A stretch of 64,000 bases of DNA, taken from NCBI GenBank assembly GCA_963749155.1, contig CAVVLO010000005.1, positions 32,001-96,000 of the forward strand, given 5' to 3'. The position numbers and the translations under genes are program-made. Shown here piece after piece: positions 10,712-23,041 of this stretch; the stretch's first letter is position 1, and each line of letters opens with the position of its first letter. The stretch comes from an uncultured Armatimonadia bacterium (GTDB lineage Bacteria > Armatimonadota > Zipacnadia > CAVVLO01). The notes beneath the pieces are model-generated. The model saw only the letters and a program-made list of their open reading frames with translations. It had not been told where the DNA came from and did not search any database.

Positions 10712-13409
10712 ATGGAGATTCCTAAGCCCATGACTTTCTCACACAGCAGGCAGTTCTGCTTGTTTTGTCTTCCGGCTTGTTATCACTGGAACTTTTAACT
10801 TGCCCCTCATCTGCCAACGCGCTCTCCCCAGCTAGCCTGGATATACCGGCGTCTTCTTCCTCAGGGCTAATTCTGGTAGTCGTACTAGTGTTGTTCTTGC
10901 TCGCTTTTGTGGCAGGCACGGGTGGGGAAGAAGGACCTGAGAATCAAGAAATACGTCGCAGCAGGACCCGGAGCGAAGGCGAGGCGTGGCTGCGCGACCT
11001 GGCTGAAGCCTCGACCGAACCAGTTTTGATACAGACAGCCGGTCACTTCGCGTATCTGAACCCGGTTGCTTATCGTCTTTTCGGGGCAGAGAGACCCGAG
11101 CAGCTTATTGGGCAGCTCGTGATGGATCGGATCCATCCAAACAGCCGAGAAGCCGTCAGAGAGCGTCTCAACACACTGGCAGCGAATCATAGCCTAGCCC
11201 TTGCTTGGAGCAGATTGTTTGCTACGCCTGGATGGGAGCGAGGTGCCGGTTGTTGTCTGGTCGGTGCCCATTGATTATGAAGGGGAAAGTGGCGGGCTTG
11301 TATTCGTCCGTGACATTACCTTGCGCAGGCAGGCAGAGGAAGCCTTACGCCAGAGTGAGCAGCACTACCGTAACCTGGCTAATTCGGGTACTATTTTAAT
11401 CTGGACGACTGACCTCGAGGGGCAGTGTGATTATCTTAACCAGCCCTGGCTCGAGTTTACAGGCCGCAAACTGGAGCATGAACTTGGAGAAGGCTGGCTC
11501 AAAGGCATACATCCTGGTGACCGCAGACGCTTCAAGGCGATGTACGAGGGAGCTTTCGCTCAGCAGGAGCCCTTCAGCCTGATTTATCGTTTGCGACGGC
11601 ACGATGGTGTCTACCGTTGGGTACAAACTAGTGGCGCGCCTCGCTTCGATACTGAGGGAAATTTACTCGGTTATATTGGTAAGTGCTTCGACATTAATGA
11701 CCAGGTAACCGCGCAGGAACAGGATAGTGCATCTGAACAGGGTGCTGCGCGCGCTACGAGATATGAACCATCTAATAATAACCAGGCGAGATCGCAATAC
11801 TCTTATTGAAGAAGGCTGCAGGTTGCTGGTACAAAGCCGCGGTTATACCCACGCCCAGATCATACTTACAGACAAGCTGGAGCGACCTGTTGCCAGTGCA
11901 AAAGCAGGCACAGGTTTTACGACAGGGGCGCTTGAGGCCTTGCTTGATAGTGGTCAATTGCCACCTTGTTGCGAGCTTGCGCGTATAAGCAAAAAAGTTG
12001 TCGTCATCAGCGAAGACAACCAAAAGGTCTGCCTTGGTTGCCCAGTTGCCGGGCTTGAGGGTACTGACATAATGTGTGTGCATCTGGCCAATGAAGAAGG
12101 CGCATATGGGTATCTGATTGTTGTAGTTGAGCCGACTGCAATCATCAATCAAGAAGAAATTAGTCTTTTTACGGAGTTAGCGCAAGACATTACGTTTGCG
12201 CTTAGAAGCCTCGAGATTGACGAGGCTCGCGCCTTGATGGAGAAAGAGAACGCTTCTCTGCAAGAGCAGATAGCCCAGGCCCAGAAGCTGGAGTCCATAG
12301 GACGGCTGGCAGGCGGCGTGGCGCATGACTATAACAATATGCTGAGTGTGATCACTGGCAATGCAGAGATGGCACTTGGCAAGCTCGAGCCAGCTAGTCC
12401 CCTCCATGAAGAACTAACTGAGATACTGGATGCCGCGGAAAGGTCGGCTGATATAACACGCCAACTGCTGGCCTTCGCTCGCAAGCAGACAATAAGCCCC
12501 AAGGTACTGAATCTCAACGAGACCGTCGAGAGTATGCTCAGGATGCTGAGCAGGCTTATCGGCGAGGATATCGACCTGCAGTGGGTGCCTGCGGACGAGT
12601 TATGGCCAGTAAAACTGGATCCCTCCCAGATTGACCAGATACTGGCCAATCTTTGTGTCAATGCCAGAGACGCGATTGACGGGGTTGGCAAGGTAACAAT
12701 CGAGACAAATATGGTAAGCCTGGATGCCGCCTATTGTTTTGAACATGCCGAGGCGCTACCAGGCGAATATGTAATGCTGGCTGTCAGTGATGATGGTTGC
12801 GGTATAGACAGCGCAACCCTGCTGAAGATTTTCGAACCTTTCTATACAACCAAAGAACACGAAGGAGGCACTGGCCTGGGACTGGCGACAGTCTATGGCA
12901 TAGTGAAGCAGAACGAGGGCTCCATAAATGTCTACAGTGAGCCAGGCGGCGGGACGACCTTCAAAGTCTATCTGCCGCGTTATGTTGGCGATGACGTTGT
13001 GATGCCAGAACCAGCCTCGCTCGAGACCCAGGTGGGACATGGCGAGTTAGTGTTGCTGGTTGAGGATGAAGAAGCGATCAGGCGGATTAGCAGAGCCATG
13101 CTTGAGGTACTTGGTTATTCGGTGCTGGCAGCCGGCACGCCAAGTGATGCCCTGCGCCTGGCCCAGCTTCAGACTGGCCCAATCCATCTGTTGATGACCG
13201 ATGTGGTAATGCCTGAGATGAACGGCCGAGACCTGGCCACCCAGTTGCAGCAACTGCGCCCAGACCTCAAGATACTGTTCGTGTCGGGTTATACAGCCAA
13301 CGTGATTGCTCACAGAGGCGTGCTGGAAGAAGGCGTCCACTTCCTGCATAAGCCTTTCACCCTGAAAGAACTGGCGCGCAAGGTACGGGAGGCACTGGAG
13401 CAAGACTGA
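10712..13409 (+). CDS. Hybrid sensor histidine kinase (TM-PAS-PAS-GAF-HisKA-HATPase-REC); frameshifted, start uncertain
   Basis: PAS motifs (YLNPVAYRLFG, YLNQPWLEFTG..IHPGD..YRLRRHDGVYRW); H-box ESIGRLAGGVAHDYNNML; NLCVNARDA; FEPFYTTK..GTGLGLA; receiver LLVEDE..LLMTDVVMPEMNG..KPF. Confidence 0.9.
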
Positions 13410-13504
13410 ATAAAAGGGCTTTGAGGCAATCCTCACCAGCTAACGCGCAGGAAGGCTGGCGGAGCTGACGAAACTCCGGCCGGCCATAACCTTGCAAGTG
13501 GCGG

Positions 13505-15447
13505 GTGAGCGATGTGCCCTGGTTTCTGCTGGTGTTGCTGCTCCTGATAATTGGTCTGTTAGCCGGTACAAACCCCTCTGATGCTTTTCAACTTGTTGCT
13601 CCTTCAGAAGACGCGCAACTTGACACCCCTCTGTCTGTTACTCTGACCTGGGAAACCTGCCCCGGCGCAGCCAGCTACCGAGTCGAACTTCTATCCGACG
13701 ATAAAGCGCACGCGCGTCTCGCCTTCGAGAGCCTCACCGAGCCTCGCCTGCGCCTTGCCCTCTGCCCAGATACCATTTATGAGTGGCGCGTTTGGGCCAT
13801 AACGCCAACTGGCGAAATTTCCAGCGAGAACGAAGGACGCTTCACCACGGCGGACACAAAGCCGGAAGAGGTTACCGACTTCGTGGTGATGTTCGCTGGC
13901 GTGCCGCCAGGCGAGGGGTATTGGGAGGGCCTGCCGCGCATCCCGGTCGACCCGGACGCAGAGCTATCGCCCTGGTTCTACAAGAAGAGTTATGACGCCG
14001 CGCCACCGCCCAGCTTCGAGTCTATTCGGGAGAGGCTCCCTCAGCCCATATGGGACGGCCATCCGGACGAGCTCAGGATGTATTGGTACGCCTGGCAGCT
14101 ACTGTTTTCGCCGTTGTGGCTTTTCCCTCCGAAAGAGGCTAACCATCGCGCAGTCTCCAACTTGCTGGGGCATTACACCTGGGCGGGCTTCGGCAGCACG
14201 ATGGTCTGGGACAGCGCCTTCATCCTGCAGTTCGCCCGGTACGCCGACCACGCGTATCCCGTTGTGACGGCGCTGGATAACTGTTACGCCCGCCAGCACG
14301 AGAACGGGTTCATCTGTCGCGAGTCCAACGCCAGCAACATCGAGACCTGGGTCATCTGGCCGGCCAACCCGCCACTTCTGCCCTGGTCGGAGTGGAGCGT
14401 CTACCAGGTCAGCGGCGATGAAGAGCGGCTTCGCCAGGTTTTCCTGCCGCTGGTGAAGAACTACGAGTGGTATATGCGCTATCAGCGCAGGGCTGATGGA
14501 CTCTACTGGACGCGCGGCGAGCAAGAAGCCGACGATTCGCCCCGCAACGCGCTGCTGCACTCGGCCGTGTCGACGACAGCCATCCAGGCGATGTCGGCTG
14601 AGCAACTTGCCGAGATGGCCAGAATCGTTGGCAGGCCGGACCTGGCAGCCTGGTTCGCGGCTGAAGCTGCCGACCTCAGGCAGCTCGTTAACGACCGTTT
14701 CTGGGATGCTGAGCACTCCCTCTACAACGACCTGGGCCCTGACGGCAAGCCTGTCACCGTAACCGAGAAGGGTGGCGTGTGCAAGCACGGGCATATATTC
14801 TGGCCGCTACTTGCAGGTTGCACCGACCACAAGAGGGGTTTGGCGATGGCTCGAGCCGCGATGGATCCGGCTCGGCTTCAACCGACCAAGTGGCATCGGC
14901 TCACTCAGCGCCGACAGTGATGGGTACAACCCCGAGACAGGCGCCTACTGGCGGGGCTCGGTCTGGCCACCAATCCAGTGTATGGTCATCAAGGGGCTCG
15001 AGCGGGCGGGTTTCCAGGGGACAGCAGACCTGGCTGCCGAGAAGTACTATCGTAACTTCCTGCGAAGCATACCTTGCCCAGGGCGATATCACCGAGTTTC
15101 TCATCCCAGAAAAGCCAGTGATGGCGGGTGTGCCGCAATTCGTCGGCTGGGGCGGAGTTGCGCCTATCCAACTGCTTCTTGAGAATCTCTTCGGCTTGCG
15201 CGTGGATGCCCCGGCTCGGACAATCCATTGGCGTATACGCCAAACCGAGCGTCATGGAGTAGAACGCTTCCCCCTGGGGGACGCCGAAGTGGCGCTGCTG
15301 TGCGAAGCAAGGCCTGGCTCGGATGCGCCCGCAGACCTGACGATCACCAGTACGGGCCGGTTCACACTGACGGTTGAGCTGCCAGGTGGTGTCTGGCAGC
15401 GCGAAATCGAGCCGGGACAGACGCTCTGGCTTGTTGAGAATCGATGA
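13505..15447 (+). CDS. Secreted MGH1/GH63-like (alpha/alpha)6 glycoside hydrolase with N-terminal Fn3-like domain; frameshifts near 14870 and 15065
   Basis: MVWDSAFILQF, YARQHENGFICRE, NPPLLPWSEW, DDSPR, FWDAEHSLYND and YWRGSVWPP motifs. Confidence 0.75.
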
Positions 15448-15457
15448 GGCACACAAA

Positions 15458-16865
15458 ATGAAGACTCAGGCCAAGAATACATCAGGTGTAGCACTTTTGA
15501 GAGGCTTGATATTACTAGCGAATCTGGGCGCTGATGACTACTAGTGCGGCGCTCCATCAGCAGACTGGTGGTGGCCCAACCGGAGCGCCGACCGTTGATA
15601 CTCTCTGCCCAATGGGGGGTATCGCGACCCTCTACAAGGTGGCCGCAGGCGGGGAGTATCTTCAACGGGTCTACCCGGCCGCGATCATCTTGTTGGTTGT
15701 CACCGTTCTGCTTGCGGTTATACTGCGGCGCGCCTTCTGTGGCTGGATCTGCCCACTTGGCGCGATGCAGGAGGTCTCTGACTGGCTTGGCCGCAAGACT
15801 GGCTTGCACAGGCCTTTGCTCCACAGTAAAGTAGACAGGGGCCTTCGATGGCTCAAGTATCCTGGGCTGCTCCTGATCCTGGGATTTACGTATCAAATGG
15901 GCGAACTGGTTTTCCGACCTTATGATCCCTGGGCTAGTTATGCGCATATCACTGCAGGTTGGGGAGAGCTGAGAGATGAGTTTTTTCTAGGGACCTTGCT
16001 CCTGGCGCTTTCCCTGCTGGTGGGGCTGGTAATTGACCGGCCCTGGTGCAGGTATCTCTGTCCGCTAGGCGCGTTGCTGGCTCCCATCTCAAAACTGGGA
16101 TTTGTGCGCATCACGCGAAATGAGACCACCTGTATCCACTGCCACAAGTGCGAGCGCGTCTGTCCGGTAGATATCCCAGTTGAGGCTGCAACCCAGGTGA
16201 CCGACGCGGAGTGCCTTGCCTGTGGCAAGTGCGTAATGAGCTGTCCGGTTCCGAAAACACTCCAGTTCAAGAGCGGGTCAAAGACGTTAAGCACCGTCGG
16301 ATTCGGCTTGCTGGCCCTGGTCATCTTCTTCGGCGCTATCGGTATCACAAAGCTGACCGGCATCTGGCGTTCCCAGCCTGAAAGCCTTACCGAGATAACT
16401 GGCGCTGGAGTTGCCCTTGACCCAGCCAATCTGCGTGGTTTCATGAGTCTTGCTGACATCGAAGTCACGTATGGCGTACCGGCTTCCAGCCTGCTGGAGC
16501 AGCTTGGGCTGCCTTCGGACACTCCAACCAGCGAACCAGTCAACGAGGTTATGAAGTCCGCAGGGCGCGAGGTGGAGGAAGTCCGCGAAGCCATTAGGGC
16601 GCTGCTTAAACAGCCTCCTGCTGCACTGGCCCCCGCGCAAGTTGAATCCAGGACCAAGGTGGAGCTTTCAATTTCTGGACAGATGACCTTCGCCGATATA
16701 TGCCAGGCGACAGGGCTTCAAAGCCAGACTTTGTTTGATCATTTGACGCTGCCAGCAGACACCCCGCTGGATAAACCGGTGCGCGACGTGATGCAACCCC
16801 TGGGGCGCGAAGTTGAGGAGATCCGGGAGGCCGTGAAGTTTCTCGCAACCGAGCGTAAGCCTTAG
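15458..16865 (+). CDS. 4Fe-4S binding polytopic membrane protein (NapH/polyferredoxin-like) with duplicated C-terminal domain; frameshift near 15520
   Basis: LCPMGG, RAFCGWICPLG, RPWCRYLCPLG, and ferredoxin motifs CIHCHKCERVCP and CLACGKCVMSCP. Confidence 0.85.
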
Positions 16866-16883
16866 GTCAGAGGAGTTTTCAAG

Positions 16884-19259
16884 ATGCATAAGTGGCTTTT
16901 TATAGGGCTTGGACTGATTCTCACCGCTTGCAGCTTTGCAGCGCAGGCTAGTGCGGGAGGACGCACAATGGACGTTGCGATTGTAACAACCGTCAGGACT
17001 TCCTGGCTGGCAGACCATGCCGCCTCGGAGCTTGCCAGCTATGTGAAGCAATTGACCGGTATAGAGGCAAGACTGGTAGGTTCTGTGCCGCCATCGGCCG
17101 AGGGCGGAGTTGTGTTAGAGCTGGTCGTTGGCCCTGCTCCCGCCGAATTGCTTGCTTTGCAAGGCTCTGATGAGCCTGAACGCCTTCGAGATGGCTTCGT
17201 AGTGCTGACTACTGGGCCGGGTCACTTACGACTGGCGGCCGCGGAGCCAATTGGGCTGCTCTACGCCGTTTACGACTATCTGGAGCGCCAGTGTGGAGTG
17301 GGCTTCTTCTGGGACGGGGAGCAAGTGCCAAAGCTCAAGGTCTTGCCGACCGAGGGTATCGCGACGGTCGAACTCCCTCGCTGGCCCAGACGCCACTTCG
17401 GCCTGTCAGATGGCTTTGGCATCACGAAATTCCACCATCACTTTCGCACCAAAGAACAACGCGAAGCCATACTCGACTGGATGGCCAAGCGCAGGCTGAA
17501 CCTTACTGCGGCCGTTTTGATGCCCCAAATAGCAAGTGGGGGAGAGTCTTCGACGCGCGTCTATGGGCTGGATGACACCGTACCTGACAACTGGACCTAT
17601 TCAGGTTGGCCTGGCGCGCTGGATTTCCCCGCGAAAACGCGAACCAAACTGACCAAGGACCAACTCGATTATGGTCGCGAGCGGGGCATAAAGTGGTTTT
17701 ATTACCTGAGTTATGGCAGCCTGCCGCACCAGTTCCGCGAAACCCATCCTGAACTGAGGCTGGTCGGCAACCTCGGCTATTCGGCGACGATGCTCTATCC
17801 CGATGATCCAGAGGCCGCCCGCTGGACAGAGGCTTTCTACCGCGACCTTATTGAAACTTATGGTACCGACCATATCTACCAGGACACCCCCTTCGTCGAA
17901 TCGACTGGCGCCAGCAGCCCCGAGGAGTCCTTCGAGCTGAAGCTTAAGGCCGCAAAGCTAATGTGTGAGTCGTTCAAGAAGCTCGATCCGCAAGCCGTCT
18001 GGCAAAGTGATTCGTGGGACTTCAGCGCGGTGCCAAGTGTCTGGACCGATGAACGCATCAAGCGCTATTTCGAGAGTCTGCCGCGAGATATGATGTTCTT
18101 CTACGACACCGTGTGCGACTGGGCGCCTTTCTACGAGCGCACCAACTATTTCCACGGCACTGATTGGTCTTTTGGCATCCTGCATTCTTTCCAGGGAGAT
18201 GACCATCTGCATGGCAACCTGGCCGACCTGGCCGCCAGGATGAAAGCCACTTCACAAGACCCCAAAGCTACTGGCTGCAAGGGCGTCTATCAGATACCCG
18301 AGATAACAGGGCACAACTTGCTGTTCTTTGATGCCATCTCCGAGATGGCCTGGGCGCCGGATAGCTTCGAAGTGGATGAGTTTCTCACCCAGTATGCGAC
18401 TCGCAGGTACGGGAAAGAAGAAGGCAAGCGGCTAGAGCCTGCCCTTGAAGCGCTTGTGAAGGCCGTTTACAGTGGCGGCGGGTGGATGCCCATCTACAAG
18501 AAGCTCGGGTGCTGGTATGGCACCTGGTGGTGGCCTATTGTCGGTGAGAAAGAAGTAGACGACAAGCCTGAAGGCATGCCGGTTGAATTCGAAGCACTCC
18601 ATAACGCAGTTGAGATTGCTCTTTCACGAAGCGAGCAGTCAGGAGATAATCCATTATATGTAACTGACCTGGCCGACTGGGCGCGCACCTATCTGCAGTA
18701 TGTTTTTAATTGGGCGGTGCTTGATGCTTACAAGGCCCTGCGCCAGGGCGATGCGGCGCGCGTGCATACGGACTCGGCAATATGCCGTGCGGTGCTGAAG
18801 CGACTTGAGGCTATCCTCTCGACGCAACCGAGTTACCATCTGCAGCCCCAAATCGAGCGCGTGATGGCCGTGCCTGGCGTCAATCCCTATACGGAGTGGT
18901 TTATCAAGCAGCACCAGATCAACGATCTCTATGCCTCGAATGAGCTATTCGAGCAGCTTCACTGGTATTACGGCCCGCGGATGGAAGTCTACTTGCGCGA
19001 GCTGGAGGCTCGAGCCGATCGAGGCGAGACAAAGCTCGAATGGGCTGACATCCAGGCTGAGTGTGACGTCATCCAGCAGCGCTGGCTCGGTGAGTCCATA
19101 GCGGTGCCTGAGTCTGAGTGGTTCCAGGGCGGCACGATTGAGGCAGTCGAGGCTGCCTGGCAGGCCTTCGGCGACTTCAGGCCGGTGACCGACCTGACCG
19201 AGGGCGGCAGCAGCGCCAGCCTGCGCGAACTCGGTAATGTGCAGGATACAAGCAACTAG
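16884..19259 (+). CDS. Secreted GH89 alpha-N-acetylglucosaminidase-like protein
   Basis: Signal peptide; GH20/GH67-type N-terminal domain (GLLYAVYDYLE..GVGFFWDG); LDWMAKRRLN; YGTDHIYQDTPFVE; DPQAVWQSDSW; LHSFQG; YATRRYG; YYGPRM, all NAGLU-like. Confidence 0.7.
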   Translation: MHKWLFIGLGLILTACSFAAQASAGGRTMDVAIVTTVRTSWLADHAASELASYVKQLTGIEARLVGSVPPSAEGGVVLELVVGPAPAELLALQGSDEPERLRDGFVVLTTGPGHLRLAAAEPIGLLYAVYDYLERQCGVGFFWDGEQVPKLKVLPTEGIATVELPRWPRRHFGLSDGFGITKFHHHFRTKEQREAILDWMAKRRLNLTAAVLMPQIASGGESSTRVYGLDDTVPDNWTYSGWPGALDFPAKTRTKLTKDQLDYGRERGIKWFYYLSYGSLPHQFRETHPELRLVGNLGYSATMLYPDDPEAARWTEAFYRDLIETYGTDHIYQDTPFVESTGASSPEESFELKLKAAKLMCESFKKLDPQAVWQSDSWDFSAVPSVWTDERIKRYFESLPRDMMFFYDTVCDWAPFYERTNYFHGTDWSFGILHSFQGDDHLHGNLADLAARMKATSQDPKATGCKGVYQIPEITGHNLLFFDAISEMAWAPDSFEVDEFLTQYATRRYGKEEGKRLEPALEALVKAVYSGGGWMPIYKKLGCWYGTWWWPIVGEKEVDDKPEGMPVEFEALHNAVEIALSRSEQSGDNPLYVTDLADWARTYLQYVFNWAVLDAYKALRQGDAARVHTDSAICRAVLKRLEAILSTQPSYHLQPQIERVMAVPGVNPYTEWFIKQHQINDLYASNELFEQLHWYYGPRMEVYLRELEARADRGETKLEWADIQAECDVIQQRWLGESIAVPESEWFQGGTIEAVEAAWQAFGDFRPVTDLTEGGSSASLRELGNVQDTSN

Positions 19260-19261
19260 GC

Positions 19262-19288
19262 AAGAGGGGCTCTGGGGAGCCCCTCTTT
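19262..19288. terminator. Bidirectional terminator between convergent operons
   Basis: aagaggggctc-tggg-gagcccctcttt perfect 11-bp hairpin. Confidence 0.8.
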
Positions 19289-19302
19289 ATGGGTTTACCT
19301 GC

Positions 19303-20692
19303 CTAGTTGCGGTCGAAGTGCACGCCAGGGATGAGCCTGGCTTCCCAGTCATCGGCCAGCAGTCGCTCGTGGTCGGCGATGACGTCGGCATAGCGGGCCT
19401 CACCCGCCAGGTTGCGCCTCTCCCACGGGTCGTCCACCATATCGAACAGCAGGTGCTCGGGCATTACGCGGTAATCCTCGCCGCGTCCCTGCACAAATTG
19501 GGTCGCGGAGCCATCCGAGATATGCACGAAGGGCGCATCAGGCTTGTTGCTGAATTCGTAGCGCTTCACGTACTTGTACCGCTGGGTGCGGATTACCCGG
19601 CCAGTGTGCTGGAATTCCGAGCAGACATTATCGCGCCACTGGCTCGGTTGACGACCTTCCAGCAGCGGCCGCAGCGATCTGCCGCGCGCGTGGGGCACAT
19701 CGGGGATATCCAGATAGTCGCATAGCGTGCTGGCGATATCGAGCTGACAGGTAAGATGGCTGCCATCTACCAGCCCTGCTTCTATATGGCCAGGCCAGTA
19801 GAACAGCATCGGGACCTTCGTGGATTCATCATAGGGATGCCACTTCTGTACACGCTGATGGCGGGCGCAGCCCTCCCCGTGGTCCGAGGTAAAGACCACC
19901 AGCGTATCGCCTCCGCGGTCATCCACTGCATCCAGCATCCGCCCTACATCAGCATCTACCCATTCCACCATACGGAAATACTGGTACATATAGTTGCGCC
20001 ACTGTTCCTCGCTCGAGAAGCCTCCGTACCGGTTGGGAGCTGGTTCGGCAAAGTCATAATTGTAGTTGGGCGGCAGGGGTGGGCGGCGGTCACCGAGCCC
20101 GAACACATCTTCTCCGGGCGTCGTCACATCACCCGAGAGAGCCCGAGTGTAGTAGCAGATGTCATGAGGATTCGAGCAGTCCAGCCACTGCGAAGAAGGG
20201 CCGGTCCTCGCGCCAGTTGCGCATAAGGGCTGCAAGACTTGTTGAGATCTCATAATCTTGCACCTGGCCGTCGCCATAACACATTATGGGGATGGCTTCA
20301 AAGCCGGGTATCCGATGCGGTCCCTCGAGTTGAGGATTGCCCCACTTGCCCCCTGCATGCCATTTGCCGCAATAGATACTGCGAAGGTCTGAATAGGACT
20401 CGAACCATTGCGCCAGGTTGGGCACCTTGCGGTCGATGCCAATTTCATTGCGCGTTACGCCGGTTTCGAGAGGCATCCTGCCGGTGAAGATTGCACTGCG
20501 GGCAGGAGAGCAGACAGGATTGACGCTGTGATTCAGCAGAAAGGAAGTGCCTCCGGCCACCATCCGGTCGAGGTTGGGTGTTTCGACCCAATGGCACCCC
20601 CAGGCAGGGTCGTGGAAATACTGCCTGTAGGCGCTGATTGCATCGAGGCACAGTTGATCACTGACGATTACGAGGAGGTTTGGTTGTGTCAT
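19303..20692 (-). CDS. Cys-type formylglycine sulfatase (S1 family), copy A; frameshift near 20170
   Basis: PNLLVIVSDQ, TPNLDRM, CSPARS (CxPxR), YCGKWH, NPHD, TSDHG, YKYV, LFDMVDDPWE; no signal peptide. Confidence 0.9.
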
Positions 20693-21627
20693 CAGCTCCC
20701 ACCTCCTGCAGGTTGCTGGCGAAAATCCGCTACCTTGATCGCCTGGTCATCGTAGGGTAACCGCTGGCCAGTCTCGTCATGCAACACCCACAGGTTGAGG
20801 CCGCTGAAGCAGAGGAGGGCGCGTCCGGCTTCATCAACCCAGTAGACAGTTGGGTAGGACATTCCCCTCCCTGTGTGCGCATAACCTGTCAGCACCTGGG
20901 GACCGCTTGCAAGCTGGAGTCTGAGCTGCTTATGGAAAGTCAGACTCTGGGCTGGCCAGAGTTGGTCGAACTCGTCCACCAGGGTGAAGTCCAGCCTTTG
21001 GGCCTGGTCTCTTTCCAGGCGCTGCACCGCCTCGAACAGGCACCATCTCAGCGTAAAAGGTTCTGAAAGGGGATAGGTACGTTTTCGCACGCCATGATCG
21101 AGTTCGATGGTCCTCCCTGCTACCTTGCCAGTAGTCTTGCCACCGGTATACAGATATGGAGGCTGATCGATTTTTAGAGCCATCTTTGTGGTAGCAAGCC
21201 AGTTGCGGGGTGTGCCCAGAGTATTGCTCAAACAATCGGCCTGTAACTGAACAAAGTGAGAATAAGCCGAAAGGCCTGGGCGCCGGCAAGCCCCACTAAG
21301 CCTGTGGCCCCCAGGGACAGGTGTGCGACTGAGCACCAGTTCAGCCTCATGTCTCAGCAGCCCCGAGGTCCAGGTATAGATATAGTAATTGTGTACCCAG
21401 CCGCCTTCGGGCTCGAAGCCACTTGCTGGAAGCTCATAGGTTTCGATGATTCGGCGAAGTGCCCTCAGGGTGAAGTCGTCGGAAGGGTCATCAAATCCGC
21501 CTGGGCTCGGTGACTGGGCCAAAGCTTCGAGGCTGAATCCTCCAAGCCCCAGGGCCGCCAGCCCAAGCCCTAGTCCTTTGCAAAAATCTTTGCGAGTAAG
21601 GCCCTCGCGCTGGTTGTTGCTTGCCAT
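20692..21627 (-). CDS. Hypothetical protein with Tat-like signal peptide, copy A
   Basis: LTRKDFCKGLGLGLAALGLGGFSLEALAQ signal; clearly paralogous to 23041-23979; stop overlaps the sulfatase start (TGATG). Confidence 0.8.
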   Translation of the reverse strand: MASNNQREGLTRKDFCKGLGLGLAALGLGGFSLEALAQSPSPGGFDDPSDDFTLRALRRIIETYELPASGFEPEGGWVHNYYIYTWTSGLLRHEAELVLSRTPVPGGHRLSGACRRPGLSAYSHFVQLQADCLSNTLGTPRNWLATTKMALKIDQPPYLYTGGKTTGKVAGRTIELDHGVRKRTYPLSEPFTLRWCLFEAVQRLERDQAQRLDFTLVDEFDQLWPAQSLTFHKQLRLQLASGPQVLTGYAHTGRGMSYPTVYWVDEAGRALLCFSGLNLWVLHDETGQRLPYDDQAIKVADFRQQPAGGGS

Positions 21628-21657
21628 TTTTCCACCTCTGTGCGGGTTGTTCGTACT

Positions 21658-23041
21658 CTAGTTGCGGTCGAAGTGGACGCCAGGTATCAGCCTGGCTTCC
21701 CATTCGTCTCGCAAAATCCGCTCGTGGTCAGCGATGATCTCGGCATAGCCGGCCTCATTTATCAGGTTGTGCCTCTCCCAGGGATCTTCGACCATATCAA
21801 AGAGCAGCCTCTGGGGCATCACTCGATAGTCCGCCCCGTGGCCTGGCTCGAACTGCGTTGCCACGCCATCCGAGACGCGCACAAAAGGCGCATCTTCCTG
21901 GCCACTGTATTCATAGCGCCTTACGTATTTGTAGCGCTGGGTGCGGATCATCCGCCCTGTATACTGGAACTCGGAGTAGACGTTATCGCGCCATCCACCC
22001 TCAGCGCGCCCTTCCAGTAGTGGACGCAGAGAGCTGCCGCGCGCGTTGGGTACCTCAGGGATGTCGAAATAGTCACAGAGAGTGCTGGCGATATCCACCC
22101 CGCAGGCAAGGTGGCTCTCATCTACCAGCCCTTGCTGGATATGGCCAGGCCAGTAGAAGACCAGCGGTACTTTCATAGACTCATCATAGGGATGCCACTT
22201 CTGCACGCGTTGGTGCCTGCCACAGCCTTCGCCATGATCCGAGGTAAAGACGACCAGCGTGTCATCGTCGCGTTCATCTACTGCCTTCAGCAGCCGGCCT
22301 ACGTCCGCATCGAGCCATTCCACCATACGGAAATACTGGTAAAGATAGTTGCGCCATTGTTCCTCTTCGAACAACGTGTACCGGTTGGGTGCACGGCTCT
22401 GGGAAGTCATAGTTGTAGTTGGGAGGCAGGATTGGGCGCTTTTCGCCAAGCTCGAAGATATCATCGGGAGGAGTGAGCACGTCACCCGAAAGCCACTTGC
22501 TGTAATAGCAAATGTCGTGCGGATTATGCAGACCAGCGACTGCGAAGAAGGGCCGAGACTCTCGCCAGTTGCGTATCAGGGCTGCGATGCTGGTGGAGAT
22601 TTCATAATCTTGCACCTGGCCATCCGAGTTGGCAGTAGGTATGGCTTCGAAGCCTGGAATCTGGCGGGGGCCTGTAAGTTCGGCGTTGCACCAGTTGCCG
22701 CCCGCGTGCCACTTGCCGCAGTAGATGCTTCGATGGTCGGTATGGGCAGCGAACCACTGGCCCAGGTTTGGCACCTCGCGATCAATGCCTACCACGTTGC
22801 GCGTAACACCTGTCTCGATGGCCATCCTGCCTGTGAAAAGACAACTGCGGGCTGGAGAGCAGACTGGATTTACGCTGTGACTCAGCAGGAAAGAAGTCCC
22901 GTTTGAAATCATCCGATCGAGGTTGGGAGTATCAACCCAGTGGCAGCCCCAGGCAGGATCGGTGAAGTAGGGCTTGTAACCGCTGATTGCATCCAGACAA
23001 AGCTGGTCACAGACGATGAAGAGGACATTGGGCCGACTCAT
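21658..23041 (-). CDS. Cys-type formylglycine sulfatase (S1 family), copy B; frameshift near 22390
   Basis: PNVLFIVCDQ, CSPARS, YCGKWH, HNPHD, TSDHG; same C-terminus (WEARLIPGVHFDRN) as copy A. Confidence 0.9.

Noticed and set aside
15458..16865. 4Fe-4S protein considered as an anaerobic sulfatase-maturating enzyme
   Set aside because: It has ferredoxin CxxCxxCxxxCP and membrane CxxxCP motifs, not the radical SAM CxxxCxxC motif
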